Source of the DNA: Candidatus Poribacteria bacterium
Lineage (GTDB): Bacteria; Poribacteria; WGA-4E; JAJDTR01
NCBI GenBank assembly: GCA_965232535.1
Contig: CBDDPW010000021.1
Location: forward strand, 519,700 to 583,699
Length of the DNA: 64,000 nt
Reading direction: 5' to 3'
Positions 47,548 to 56,369 of this stretch are shown here, piece by piece. Position 1 is the first letter of the stretch. Each line of letters begins with the position of its first letter. Made by a program: the position numbers and the translations under genes. The notes beneath the pieces were generated by a model, which saw only the letters and a program-made list of their open reading frames with translations, searched no databases and had not been told where the DNA came from.

Positions 47548-47898
47548 TTGGGAGCAAGAACAATGGCTGAGTTAACGCAGATGAAGTGTGTTGCATGTCG
47601 GCGAGACGCCCCCCGAGCTACGGAGGCGGAGATTGCGGAATATCTGCCGCAGACACCGGATTGGGAGATTGTAGAACGCGAGAACATTAAGAGGCTGGAG
47701 CGTGTTTTCAAATTCGATGATTTTCCCCAAGCGCTGTCGTTCACGAACAGGGTGGGAGAATTGGCGGAATCGGAGGGGCATCACCCCGCACTTTTGACGG
47801 AATGGGGCAGAGTAACGGTGACGTGGTGGACTCACAAAATACGAGGATTGCACCGGAACGATTTCATTGCGGCGGCAAAGACGGACCAATTGTATTGA
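47548..47898 (+). CDS. 4a-hydroxytetrahydrobiopterin (pterin-4a-carbinolamine) dehydratase
   Basis: 116-aa [39 protein letters not shown] is the classic PCD pattern. Confidence 0.9.
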   Translation: MGARTMAELTQMKCVACRRDAPRATEAEIAEYLPQTPDWEIVERENIKRLERVFKFDDFPQALSFTNRVGELAESEGHHPALLTEWGRVTVTWWTHKIRGLHRNDFIAAAKTDQLY

Positions 47899-48022
47899 AA
47901 TTTCGCATTCTTCTAGGGAAGTTTGAGTAACAGGAGCCCATTCAATAAGCAGAAGTGAAAGCAATTTCTGGCTATTTGAACACTGTTGAATGTCGTCCCG
48001 ACGGCACTTTCAAAGGCTGGTG

Positions 48023-48052
48023 CGCACTGCGCACCCTACAAAACTGAACCTT
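48023..48052 (+). repeat. REP-like hairpin class C
   Basis: aaggctggtgcgcactgcgcaccctacaaa. Confidence 0.8.
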
Positions 48053-48081
48053 CGACATTTGCTTCTGATCGAGTTCCCATT

Positions 48082-49308
48082 ATGAGACTCCTCTTCCTAT
48101 CAATCACAGTTCCTTATCCAGCAACAGACGGCGGTCGGCTACGGGTGCTGAATTTGCTCAAACAGACCGCTCAGCGGAACCGGGTTACTTTCTTGGCGTT
48201 GGAAACGCAACCGACTGACAAGGAGGGAATTGAGTATCTTCGGAGTCTCGGGATTGAAGCACACCTCGTTTCACACACCTCCCGGTTACCGCCAATCACC
48301 TTTCGATCCGTGAGCCAAGCCGTATTTAAGCGGAAACCGCTGACGGTAGCTCGGTATGATGTCCCCACATTTCGGAGAGCATTCCATTCGTTGCTAGACA
48401 CGGGAAGTTATGATTTGATCCATTATGAGATGTTCCATACCGGCCAGTATTACCTAGAAACGAATGCAAGGAGTTTGCTATCCCTCCAGAACGTTGATTC
48501 GCACATCTGGCGCCGCCTTCGCGAACAGACACCAAACCCTCTTCGACGCGGCCTGTTCCGGACCCAAGAATGCGCGTTTCGACGATTCGAGCGTACTATG
48601 TGCAATCGTTTCAACCTTGTCGCTTGTGCGTCAGGAGTTGATCGAGATCTCATGGATGAGATCTGTCCGGGGCTAAACTCGGACGTGATTCCCAACGGCG
48701 TCGATACCACACTGTACCAGCCAAATCATGAAGTTGAAGAAGAGGCGACGCTAATTTATACGGGCAGCATGGATTGGTTTCCAAACGAAGATGCGGCTAT
48801 CTACTTCATCGACGACATCCTTCCCACGATTCAAGAAAAGCGCCCGAACCTGAAATTTTATGTTGTCGGGCAGTTTCCCAGCGAGCGCCTAAAGCGCTAC
48901 GGCAACCGCCCCGGAGTCATTATTACCGGTCGGGTAGATGATGTTAAACCGTACATCGCACGCGCCACGGTTTATGTTGTGCCGTTGAGGATTGGCGGCG
49001 GCACGCGTCTAAAAATCCTAGAGGCATTGGCTATGGGAAAGGCTGTCGTGTCGACAAGTGTCGGCGCCGAGGGATTGAATTTAAGCGAGGGGGATGAAAT
49101 CACGATTGCCGACGAGTCGGCGACGTTTGCCGATGGCGTTCTTCAGCTCATGGAAAACGGATGCATGCGACGGGGACTAGGCGACAACGGAAGGCGACGT
49201 GTTGAGACAGAATATGATTGGCGACGGATCGGAGAAAAATTGCAGAGGCTGTATGAAGCGGTGGTGGCTGAGGATTCCGGGATAACGGGTACGATCCATA
49301 ATCCGTAA
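48082..49308 (+). CDS. GT4-family (GT-B fold) glycosyltransferase
   Basis: MRLLFLSITVPYPATDGG N-terminus. C-terminal GGTRLKILEALAMGKAVVSTSVGAEGL motif. The ORF-track start 47986 would read through a REP-like hairpin (48023-48052), so I prefer the internal ATG. Confidence 0.8.
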   Translation: MRLLFLSITVPYPATDGGRLRVLNLLKQTAQRNRVTFLALETQPTDKEGIEYLRSLGIEAHLVSHTSRLPPITFRSVSQAVFKRKPLTVARYDVPTFRRAFHSLLDTGSYDLIHYEMFHTGQYYLETNARSLLSLQNVDSHIWRRLREQTPNPLRRGLFRTQECAFRRFERTMCNRFNLVACASGVDRDLMDEICPGLNSDVIPNGVDTTLYQPNHEVEEEATLIYTGSMDWFPNEDAAIYFIDDILPTIQEKRPNLKFYVVGQFPSERLKRYGNRPGVIITGRVDDVKPYIARATVYVVPLRIGGGTRLKILEALAMGKAVVSTSVGAEGLNLSEGDEITIADESATFADGVLQLMENGCMRRGLGDNGRRRVETEYDWRRIGEKLQRLYEAVVAEDSGITGTIHNP

Positions 49309-49328
49309 AGTTTTGGCTAAGTGTTTGA

Positions 49329-49988
49329 ATGCAAGAACCTACGCGCGGTCAGTTACTGAAACTTTATCACCAACTTAAAACGGCGTATGGGTCGCAGGCG
49401 TGGTGGCCGGCTGACACACCATTTGAGGTAATACTAGGTGCAATCTTGGTGCAATCGACTGCGTGGCGAAATGTTGTTAAGGCAATCGATAATCTGAGGG
49501 CTGCAAATCTTCTCACACCATCGAGGTTAGGAGCAATTTCGCAGACGGAATTGGAGGAGCTTGTCCGTCCCTCCGGGTATTTCCGCGTTAAAGCGAAGAA
49601 GGTTCGAGCGTTCGTGACACACTTGCAGGCACACCACAACTATCGGCTGGATTCACTGTTTGCCGCTGACGTTTTCACGTTGCGGGAGGAGTTGCTGTCA
49701 ATTTATGGAATTGGGAATGAGACCGCCGATTCAATTATACTCTATGCGGCGGAGAAGCCTATCTTTGTGATCGATTCTTATACCCATCGTTTACTGTCGC
49801 GACTGGGCTGGATAGCAGGGAAATATGACTATGGCAAGCTGCAAGCAATTTTTATGAATGCGCTCCCTCATGACGCGCGTTTGTTTAACGAATTTCACGC
49901 GCTAATTGACCGCCACAGTTCAAGAATATGTCGAAAAACTCCGCTGTGTGGAGAGTGTACACTCCGGAGTGATTGCCCTTTTTCTTGA
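49329..49988 (+). CDS. endonuclease III-like HhH-GPD base-excision repair protein with Fe-S cluster loop
   Basis: HhH motif LLSIYGIGNETADSIILYA. C-terminal Cys cluster CRKTPLCGECTLRSDCP. Confidence 0.8.
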   Translation: MQEPTRGQLLKLYHQLKTAYGSQAWWPADTPFEVILGAILVQSTAWRNVVKAIDNLRAANLLTPSRLGAISQTELEELVRPSGYFRVKAKKVRAFVTHLQAHHNYRLDSLFAADVFTLREELLSIYGIGNETADSIILYAAEKPIFVIDSYTHRLLSRLGWIAGKYDYGKLQAIFMNALPHDARLFNEFHALIDRHSSRICRKTPLCGECTLRSDCPFS

Positions 49989-50009
49989 TGGAGAGAAAAC
50001 TGCCAAATA

Positions 50010-50092
50010 GTTGGGTTTCACTGTGTTCAACCCAACCTACGGACTGGGTAATACCATGAATCGGAGTCGCGATTCGGAGATCGCTCCTACGG
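50010..50092 (+). repeat. class D (50010-50042) plus class A (50066-50092) between convergent genes
   Basis: gttgggtttcactgtgttcaacccaacctacgg ... gtcgcgattcggagatcgctcctacgg. Confidence 0.85.
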
Positions 50093-50167
50093 TCTGGGTG
50101 GACCATGCCAGAATTCGAGTTTACACGAGAAACGTGAGCCTCTAAGCGGATGTCCGCAGGTATGGTA

Positions 50168-50914
50168 TCAGGCGGATTGGAGGATGGCGTCGTCGGAGGC
50201 TAATTGGATGGGAACGGGCGGGCCGTGGCCTGGCCCAAGAATAGGGACATTGGAAAACGCGTTGTAACAGCAGATGTAGGCGAGGCGCGGAAGCTTTGAA
50301 AGATTGGGTTCGGAAGCGTGGAGGAGATTGCAGTGGAAGAACAGCACGCTGCCCGGTTTGGCTTCCACAAAATGAACCGGCAGCCTCGACTCAAGGGCTT
50401 CGGCACGTTTAGGTTCGATTCCATGCTGGCTTCCTATGTTGGCGTGGTCGAGGCGTCCGAGCAGGTGGGAACCGACCATGACTTTTAGACAGCCGTTGGC
50501 TTTGATGGCTTCATCAATAGTAATCATGGCAGAAGCCAATCCCGGATAGGGGCAACCGTCGCGGTACCAGTAGCCGTAGTCTTGGTGCCATTCCCAAGCG
50601 CCGCCGCCTTCAGGGTATTTGAGCATTACCTTACTATGCCAGTGGTAGACCTCATCCCGAAGCACCGATCTTATAGAGTTGACAATGCGAGGGTTCGCCG
50701 ACACCGCACCGAAAACATCGTCTCCGATGTCTTTCCATATTGCCAATGGAGACTCGTTTCCAGCTGCATCGTGTGCCGTAACAGTATGCTCTCCCACGCG
50801 TGAAGCGGAGGCGACTGCTTTGCGTAGTATATCGACTTCGTCGATTGAAAACAACCCTTCGACCAGGACAAATCCATCACGATCAAAATCGGCTATTTGG
50901 TCTATGTTGAGCAT
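50168..50914 (-). CDS. phytanoyl-CoA dioxygenase (PhyH) family Fe(II)/2-oxoglutarate oxygenase
   Basis: 248-aa ORF. HxD context WHQDYGYW, distal His FFHCNLLHAS. Confidence 0.8.
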   Translation of the reverse strand: MLNIDQIADFDRDGFVLVEGLFSIDEVDILRKAVASASRVGEHTVTAHDAAGNESPLAIWKDIGDDVFGAVSANPRIVNSIRSVLRDEVYHWHSKVMLKYPEGGGAWEWHQDYGYWYRDGCPYPGLASAMITIDEAIKANGCLKVMVGSHLLGRLDHANIGSQHGIEPKRAEALESRLPVHFVEAKPGSVLFFHCNLLHASEPNLSKLPRLAYICCYNAFSNVPILGPGHGPPVPIQLASDDAILQSA

Positions 50915-50979
50915 GCTGTTTGTCGATGTCGGTCACTGCCGGCAAACGTCACGGCTGACGGCGTATTCCTTCAGCCGGG

Positions 50980-52167
50980 TCACAACACATCCTTCGCTGC
51001 CAAACGGATGGCGTTTGCGGTTTTGTCAATCTGCTCCTCTGTCATGTCGGGCTGAATGCCGACCCGAATCGCACGACTTAGATAGTCCAACGTCCGAGGG
51101 CACATGCGATCGGAGTAATGAATTTTGCCTTCGTATGCGGGATGCGAGTAAGGCAACCCGTTCGGATGGTAGGTTTTCTTCTCAAGGATATAGTGCCAAT
51201 TCGAATAGACGTGCCTGTCTCCATTCCCGTGAGTGTACATGGGACCGCTTGGAGTGCCATATTTACCCATTGCTTCTCCAAACTTGACTGCGAGATCCGG
51301 GGTCGGAAGGAAAAACGCGACCGATAAATTGCAATCGCCGTTTTCATCGTGAAGTTTCCGCATCTCAATACCGTCCACATCGGCGATTGCTCGGCGTAGT
51401 TTGGCGTTCCGAATTTTCGTGTTTTCCAGATAATCATCAAGGCGCGTCAGCTGCACAGATGCAACGGCGCCGCGAATCTCATCCATTCTGAAGTTCATGC
51501 CCGGGAAGGCGGCTTGGGATTGCTTCGAGATTCCCCACAGATTTCCCGCATCGTGCGCCATGCGGGCTCTATCGTACAAATCGTCATCATCGGTAATCAC
51601 GACACCCCCTTCGCCGGTAATAAGAATTTTGCTCTGCTGCATGCTGAAGCATCCGATGTCACCGTATGTGCCGACTCTTTTGCCGTTGACCGAGGCTCCC
51701 ATTGCTTGAGCACAATCTTCAATTACGACGAGATTATGCTTTTCGGCTAACGCTTTTATCTTGGGCATATCCGATGGCATGCCCAACATATGCACGGGAA
51801 TGATTGCCTTCGTCCGTGGCGTAATCTTGGTTTCGATGTCCTCCGGATCGATTGAAAGGGATTCATCAATCTCTGCAATAATCGGAACGGCGTTCGCAAT
51901 CACGACGGCAGACGGCGTCGCAATCCAGGTGTATCCCGAAATGATGACCTCGTCGCCGAGACCCACACCGGCGGCGTATAACGCAACGATTAACGAGGCG
52001 GTGCCCCCATTCGTCGCAAGCGCATGCTTGACGCCAAACTTTTCTGCCATGCCTTTTTCAAAGGCGGCGACTGTGGATTCCTCGGGGCCATACCGACAAA
52101 GTTCGCCTGATCTCAAGACTTTTAGCACCGCTTGTTCCTCTTCTTTACCTATACGCGCCATCGTCAA
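50980..52167 (-). CDS. DegT/DnrJ/EryC1/StrS family PLP-dependent aminotransferase
   Basis: 395-aa ORF. GDEVIISGYTW, IPVHMLG and CFSMQQSKILITGEGG (PLP lysine context). Confidence 0.85.
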   Translation of the reverse strand: MTMARIGKEEEQAVLKVLRSGELCRYGPEESTVAAFEKGMAEKFGVKHALATNGGTASLIVALYAAGVGLGDEVIISGYTWIATPSAVVIANAVPIIAEIDESLSIDPEDIETKITPRTKAIIPVHMLGMPSDMPKIKALAEKHNLVVIEDCAQAMGASVNGKRVGTYGDIGCFSMQQSKILITGEGGVVITDDDDLYDRARMAHDAGNLWGISKQSQAAFPGMNFRMDEIRGAVASVQLTRLDDYLENTKIRNAKLRRAIADVDGIEMRKLHDENGDCNLSVAFFLPTPDLAVKFGEAMGKYGTPSGPMYTHGNGDRHVYSNWHYILEKKTYHPNGLPYSHPAYEGKIHYSDRMCPRTLDYLSRAIRVGIQPDMTEEQIDKTANAIRLAAKDVL

Positions 52168-52570
52168 TTTCTCCTTGTCTCTATGGGATTCATGTTACGG
52201 TAGACTTCTCAATTTGGGAATTTCGAAGCGTCACAACGTTCCGATCTTGAGCGGGATTTCTAGTGTCTTTCGTGTCAGGATAGAGCGGATTAAAGGCGAC
52301 CTCTGTAGCGCCAGCCATCTGTCGGTTTTCGGTCTTGTCAGGTGTTCCGGAAACTGATAATTCTAGCGCGAGTGTTGTAGAGGAGCACCCATTTTATATT
52401 GTCCCGTTGCCGTCATTCGTAGAGGAATACCTTGCGGCATTAGGACTTTAGACACTACCACAGTCCGCCTTTTGATGCAAGCATCAAGTTCTGAACGTGC
52501 AAATCACAATGGGTTTATACGGCAGGCGGTGACCGACGTACAACCGACTATCCATTGTCGGAAATCGTAA

Positions 52571-52618
52571 GGAATCTCTATCACTGTCGTTATTCACTCC
52601 TTTGATTCCATCTACAGG
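52571..52618 (+). repeat. class I, single unit
   Basis: ggaatctctatcac tgtcgttattcactcctttgatt ccatctacagg. Confidence 0.7.
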
Positions 52619-52804
52619 CGACAATATTGGCAACTATCCCTATACTAATCATAGGGGGTATAGCGACAGCCCACAGATGTGGCTGGTTATAGATTTATTT
52701 TCAACACCCATGGAATATGATACAATCTGATTATTCAATCAGTTTCCGAAGAACACCATTAGACTAAACTTGCTGTAGATTAAGTACAAAAGGGCGTATT
52801 CTGT

Positions 52805-53707
52805 ATGCAGCCATTCTTGCAGATGGCAATTGGCGTCCTCGCCGCTGTTGCCGTATCTCTAGCGTTCATTTTCCAGTCCAGTTTTGGAGATTCACGGCAT
52901 GCGCTGAGCATCATTGGCGCTATCGCAATCGTAATTGCCAGTCTATATATTTTGCGAACCCGACTCGTTCGATGGGGGAATCGAAGCCGGCTGTTAAAAT
53001 ATCACCAAGGGATTTCCTCGTTCGGATTGTGTCTTGTCTTGGTACATTCAGGCATCAAACCGGAAACATGGCATTCATGGCTGACGTTTTGCTTGGCGTG
53101 GCTGAACCTGGGAAGCGGGGTTGCGGTTAGCCTGACAAGAGCGCGGATCCGGCGAATCCTGCTGCGCTGCCATTTGGCATTGGCGCCCATTTTGTTGATA
53201 GCAGTGATCGTCCATGGGCGTGAGAAACTCGAACACGATGAATTCTTCCCTTTAACGGAAGAACACGACATTCCGTGCGCTCAGTGTCATACCTCAAAAC
53301 CGTTGATGTTTCGTATGGGTGTAGAGTTTGAGAGCGAGCTAACTGTAGATGAAAACTTGTCTGGAAACATTCAGTGGGAGTTTGAGGTCCGACACATGCC
53401 AATCTCCCAATATGCCACGGTGGCAACAAAAAAGAAAGCCGCTGAATGGTTGATAACTGACCTCAACAATCAACGGAAGTACATCGTCAAAAAGGAAAAG
53501 GAGGGACTAGACATCTACGCCGATTCGGTTTATAGAACCTACACGTGCCGAACGTGCCACGTTCATAATACCCCGGAGATTCAGGATGTGCATGAGGTGC
53601 ACGGCGTGAGTGTTTTTGATAGATGCTTGGATTGCCATCAAACCGAGTTGAACGGGACGCGGTACGGGAAACAGAAGGCGGGATGGGAGTATGATCCCAA
53701 TTGGTAG
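52805..53707 (+). CDS. membrane-anchored tri-haem c-type cytochrome (N-terminal 5-TM domain with conserved His residues)
   Basis: Three CxxCH motifs (CAQCH, CRTCH, CLDCH) in the C-terminal half. About five N-terminal hydrophobic helices, two containing His (LVLVHSG, AVIVHG). Confidence 0.65.
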   Translation: MQPFLQMAIGVLAAVAVSLAFIFQSSFGDSRHALSIIGAIAIVIASLYILRTRLVRWGNRSRLLKYHQGISSFGLCLVLVHSGIKPETWHSWLTFCLAWLNLGSGVAVSLTRARIRRILLRCHLALAPILLIAVIVHGREKLEHDEFFPLTEEHDIPCAQCHTSKPLMFRMGVEFESELTVDENLSGNIQWEFEVRHMPISQYATVATKKKAAEWLITDLNNQRKYIVKKEKEGLDIYADSVYRTYTCRTCHVHNTPEIQDVHEVHGVSVFDRCLDCHQTELNGTRYGKQKAGWEYDPNW

Positions 53708-53721
53708 ATTTTAGGAATTGT

Positions 53722-54936
53722 ATGTACCACAGGAAATCAAACAAAAAAGTGAAAGCCAGGCTTTGTGCCAGTGTCCTCATATTTTTTAGCGCTCTTTTGG
53801 TTCAGTGTATTTCTGGGGAGGCGATGGCAGCTTCCGAAGGGGAAAACACGCAGGCGGCAGGCAAACCTAATTCTTCGGAACCGGAGGATTTGGAGGCATC
53901 GCAAAGAGCCCAGGAACTTTGGAGGACATATTTCTCCGCCGATGGCAGATTTCGACAGGAAAGCATTTTTCGGGAGGGTACTCCGAGCCGTTATCGCTAT
54001 CGCATCAGATTCCGTTTGGGCGGAAATTTCCCGATCCATCCGCACGCTAATCTTGGATTCAGAATGGTCACGGGTGCAACGGACGACCCGACTACTGGCA
54101 ACGTGGATCTTGACGATTATTTTTCGAAGAAGGGTTTCAATCTTGATCGACTGTTCCTTCGATATTCGCCGAATTCGTCACTAACGCTTACCATTGGTAA
54201 GTTCCCTAATCCGTTTGAACGCGTCGAGTTGGTGTTTCACAACGACGTGCAGTTTGAAGGGGCAGCGCAGCAGTTTCGTATGAACGACATGGGCTTTATT
54301 CGTCAGGCGCGGGTAAATCTTGGGCAATTCATTCTGGCGGAATCCAAGAGCGGTGCAGATACCAACCTCTTCGCAGGGCAATTGTTCCTCAAGGGGTTTC
54401 ATTTTAACGGGCTGTCGTTTGGTGCGATGCTTTATGAATATCGGAATGAGGATGCCATCGCCCAAGCGGTTGAGGACGGTAGGCTAGGCGGCGGGGATAC
54501 GAACGCGCGGATTGGGGCGGGTACCGGCACATCTACCTATCTATTCGGATTTAGGGTTGTTGAATGGCTTGCAAAGTATGAATCCAAAATTGGATTAATG
54601 CCTATGAGATTTATCGGTGTTTTTGCACAGAATCTATTGGCGGATTTTGATGACAAAGCATATTGGCTTGAGGTTGGCGTTGGACCAATTGCACGTCTGA
54701 ACAGATTACGGGGGCTTTACCATTATGTTCGGGTTGAACGGGAATCGATGATATCGAACTATAACAATGCCGATATATTCAATCCAAATATGCAGGGCCA
54801 TGGATTTAAAGTTGCTTTGCCGCTTTCAGAGAATATCGGCGCTGAAGCGTTATATTTCGTAGCGAAGAATATCCTTTCCTCCGGAGCTAATCCGTATCAA
54901 CATAAAACCAGGGTGCAGATTAAGGCGAAATTTTAG
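53722..54936 (+). CDS. putative outer-membrane porin-like beta-barrel
   Basis: Signal peptide (KARLCASVLIFFSALLV). IGKFPNPFERVELVFHNDVQFEGAA resembles the 'putative porin' family signature. Alternating beta pattern and a C-terminal Phe (IKAKF). Confidence 0.6.
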   Translation: MYHRKSNKKVKARLCASVLIFFSALLVQCISGEAMAASEGENTQAAGKPNSSEPEDLEASQRAQELWRTYFSADGRFRQESIFREGTPSRYRYRIRFRLGGNFPIHPHANLGFRMVTGATDDPTTGNVDLDDYFSKKGFNLDRLFLRYSPNSSLTLTIGKFPNPFERVELVFHNDVQFEGAAQQFRMNDMGFIRQARVNLGQFILAESKSGADTNLFAGQLFLKGFHFNGLSFGAMLYEYRNEDAIAQAVEDGRLGGGDTNARIGAGTGTSTYLFGFRVVEWLAKYESKIGLMPMRFIGVFAQNLLADFDDKAYWLEVGVGPIARLNRLRGLYHYVRVERESMISNYNNADIFNPNMQGHGFKVALPLSENIGAEALYFVAKNILSSGANPYQHKTRVQIKAKF

Positions 54937-55007
54937 TGTTTCGCCAATATTTTGGATTGCGTTGCTCGCTGGTGGCAGTCCTTGGCCCGCCGCGTGAGTC
55001 AATTCGA

Positions 55008-55033
55008 GGAACGCAGATCGGCGTTCCTTACAC
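55008..55033 (+). repeat. REP-like hairpin with TTAC tail (GGAACGC-agatcg-GCGTTCC-TTACAC), 7 nt left of the IS5 insertion
   Basis: 7-bp perfect stem. The tail differs from the CTAC consensus by one base. Confidence 0.5.
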
Positions 55034-55040
55034 CCCTTTA

Positions 55041-55991
55041 GAGCCTGTTTGAAAAGTCATTTGATTCGATTTCGCATCAAGTAGATGGAAGCGATGTATA
55101 CCATAGTTTCAGCAGTCTTAGGAAAGCGTTCATAATCCAAAGTCAATCGACGAAACCAACCAAGCCAAGAGAATGTGCGTTCAACAATCCATCGTAACGG
55201 AACAACTTCAAACCCCTGCTGCCCTAGCGTAGATGCAATCTCTAGTTGACACTGATGAGCCAGATATAACCAGTCTTCTAATTCGCCGCGATAGGCGGCA
55301 TCGGCACACACCAACTGAATTGTTATGTACCAGCTAAACACTTCTGTTAGTAACTCGATAGCTATCTGATTGTCACTAACATTGGCATCAGTGACTTTGA
55401 CCATCAATGGAATACCCGTCGTATCCGTTACCAGATGGCGTTTGCGTCCTTTGACCTTCTTGTGACCATCAAATCCTCTAGTCTCCGCCAGTTCCGTCGT
55501 CTTAACGGATTGGCTGTCAATGATAGCTGCTGTCGGTGATGGTTGTTTGCCGCCATCACAACGTGTTTGTTCGCGAAGTGCCTGATGAATCAAGAGCCAT
55601 GTGTTGTCGACTTGCCACTTTCTGAAATGGTAATAGACGGTTTGCCACGGTGGCATATTATGGGGTAGCATTCGCCACTGGCAACCGGACTTGACGACAT
55701 AAAAGATAGCATTGATGATTAAGCACATCTCCCATTTTGGAGGTCTGCCTAATGGTTGAGGGGCTGGCAGAAACGAGGACAGTTTCTCCCACTGTGCATC
55801 AGTCAAATCACTGGGATAACGCTTGCGGTTCATGTTTACTCCTTTCATTGGTTCAGATTTAACTGCTCCAATGAGTAAACGTAAACATCAACCGTTCAGA
55901 CAACTTTTTTCTTTTTCTAATAGGTTCTTGAGGGCATTTACCCCAAAATAGCCCTTTCTCTAAGGCGATTCCGGACTTTTCAAACAGGCTC
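55041..55991 (-). mobile_element. intact IS5-family insertion sequence (951 bp) with 18-bp perfect terminal inverted repeats and a TTA target-site duplication
   Basis: IRL GAGCCTGTTTGAAAAGTC at 55041-55058 is the reverse complement of 55974-55991. TTA sits at 55038-55040 and 55992-55994. A single transposase ORF lies inside. Confidence 0.85.
55057..55848 (-). CDS. IS5-family DDE transposase
   Basis: 263-aa ORF. N-terminus RYPSDLTDAQWEKL..GRPPKW..IINAIFYVVKSGCQWRMLP is typical of the IS5/IS427-IS1031 group. The stop codon lies inside the left IR. Confidence 0.9.
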   Translation of the reverse strand: MKGVNMNRKRYPSDLTDAQWEKLSSFLPAPQPLGRPPKWEMCLIINAIFYVVKSGCQWRMLPHNMPPWQTVYYHFRKWQVDNTWLLIHQALREQTRCDGGKQPSPTAAIIDSQSVKTTELAETRGFDGHKKVKGRKRHLVTDTTGIPLMVKVTDANVSDNQIAIELLTEVFSWYITIQLVCADAAYRGELEDWLYLAHQCQLEIASTLGQQGFEVVPLRWIVERTFSWLGWFRRLTLDYERFPKTAETMVYIASIYLMRNRIK

Positions 55992-56010
55992 TTAGCGAGG
56001 AAACCAAATG

Positions 56011-56183
56011 GTTGGGTTTCGCGGCGTTCAACCCAACCTACAGGATAAAACTATACTCAGCATCGGTTAATTTTGCACAATTATGCACCGCAGGTTTGTC
56101 GCAGCGATCTCCGAATCGCGATGGTCGGGAATCGAAAGGGATTTCTATCGCACTCGCTATCCACTCGCTTGATTCCTCCTACC
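56011..56183 (+). repeat. mosaic: class D 56011-56044, inverted class A 56101-56122, class I 56138-56183
   Basis: gttgggtttcgcggcgttcaacccaacctacagg; gcagcgatctccgaatcgcgat (reverse complement of class A); gggatttctatcgcactcgctatccactcgcttgattcctcctacc. Confidence 0.8.
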
Positions 56184-56369
56184 ACCTGCAAAACTCACGC
56201 TCCATTTCTTGAATCCTAAAAAACGCAACTCCCAACAGCGTAGACTATATATCCGTTGAAGGGGGTGATGGGTATAATATCATGGCCGTGTTCGAGGGCG
56301 GGCAAACGAACACTCTAAACACCTGCACCGCCTAGCCGAAACAGGCGGAAGGATAGGTACTGCGCAGCA

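Noticed and set aside
47986-48081. N-terminal 32-aa extension of the glycosyltransferase from the ORF-track start.
   Set aside because: The extension is translated through a class C REP-like hairpin (48023-48052). The canonical GT4 N-terminus MRLLFLS begins at ATG 48082.
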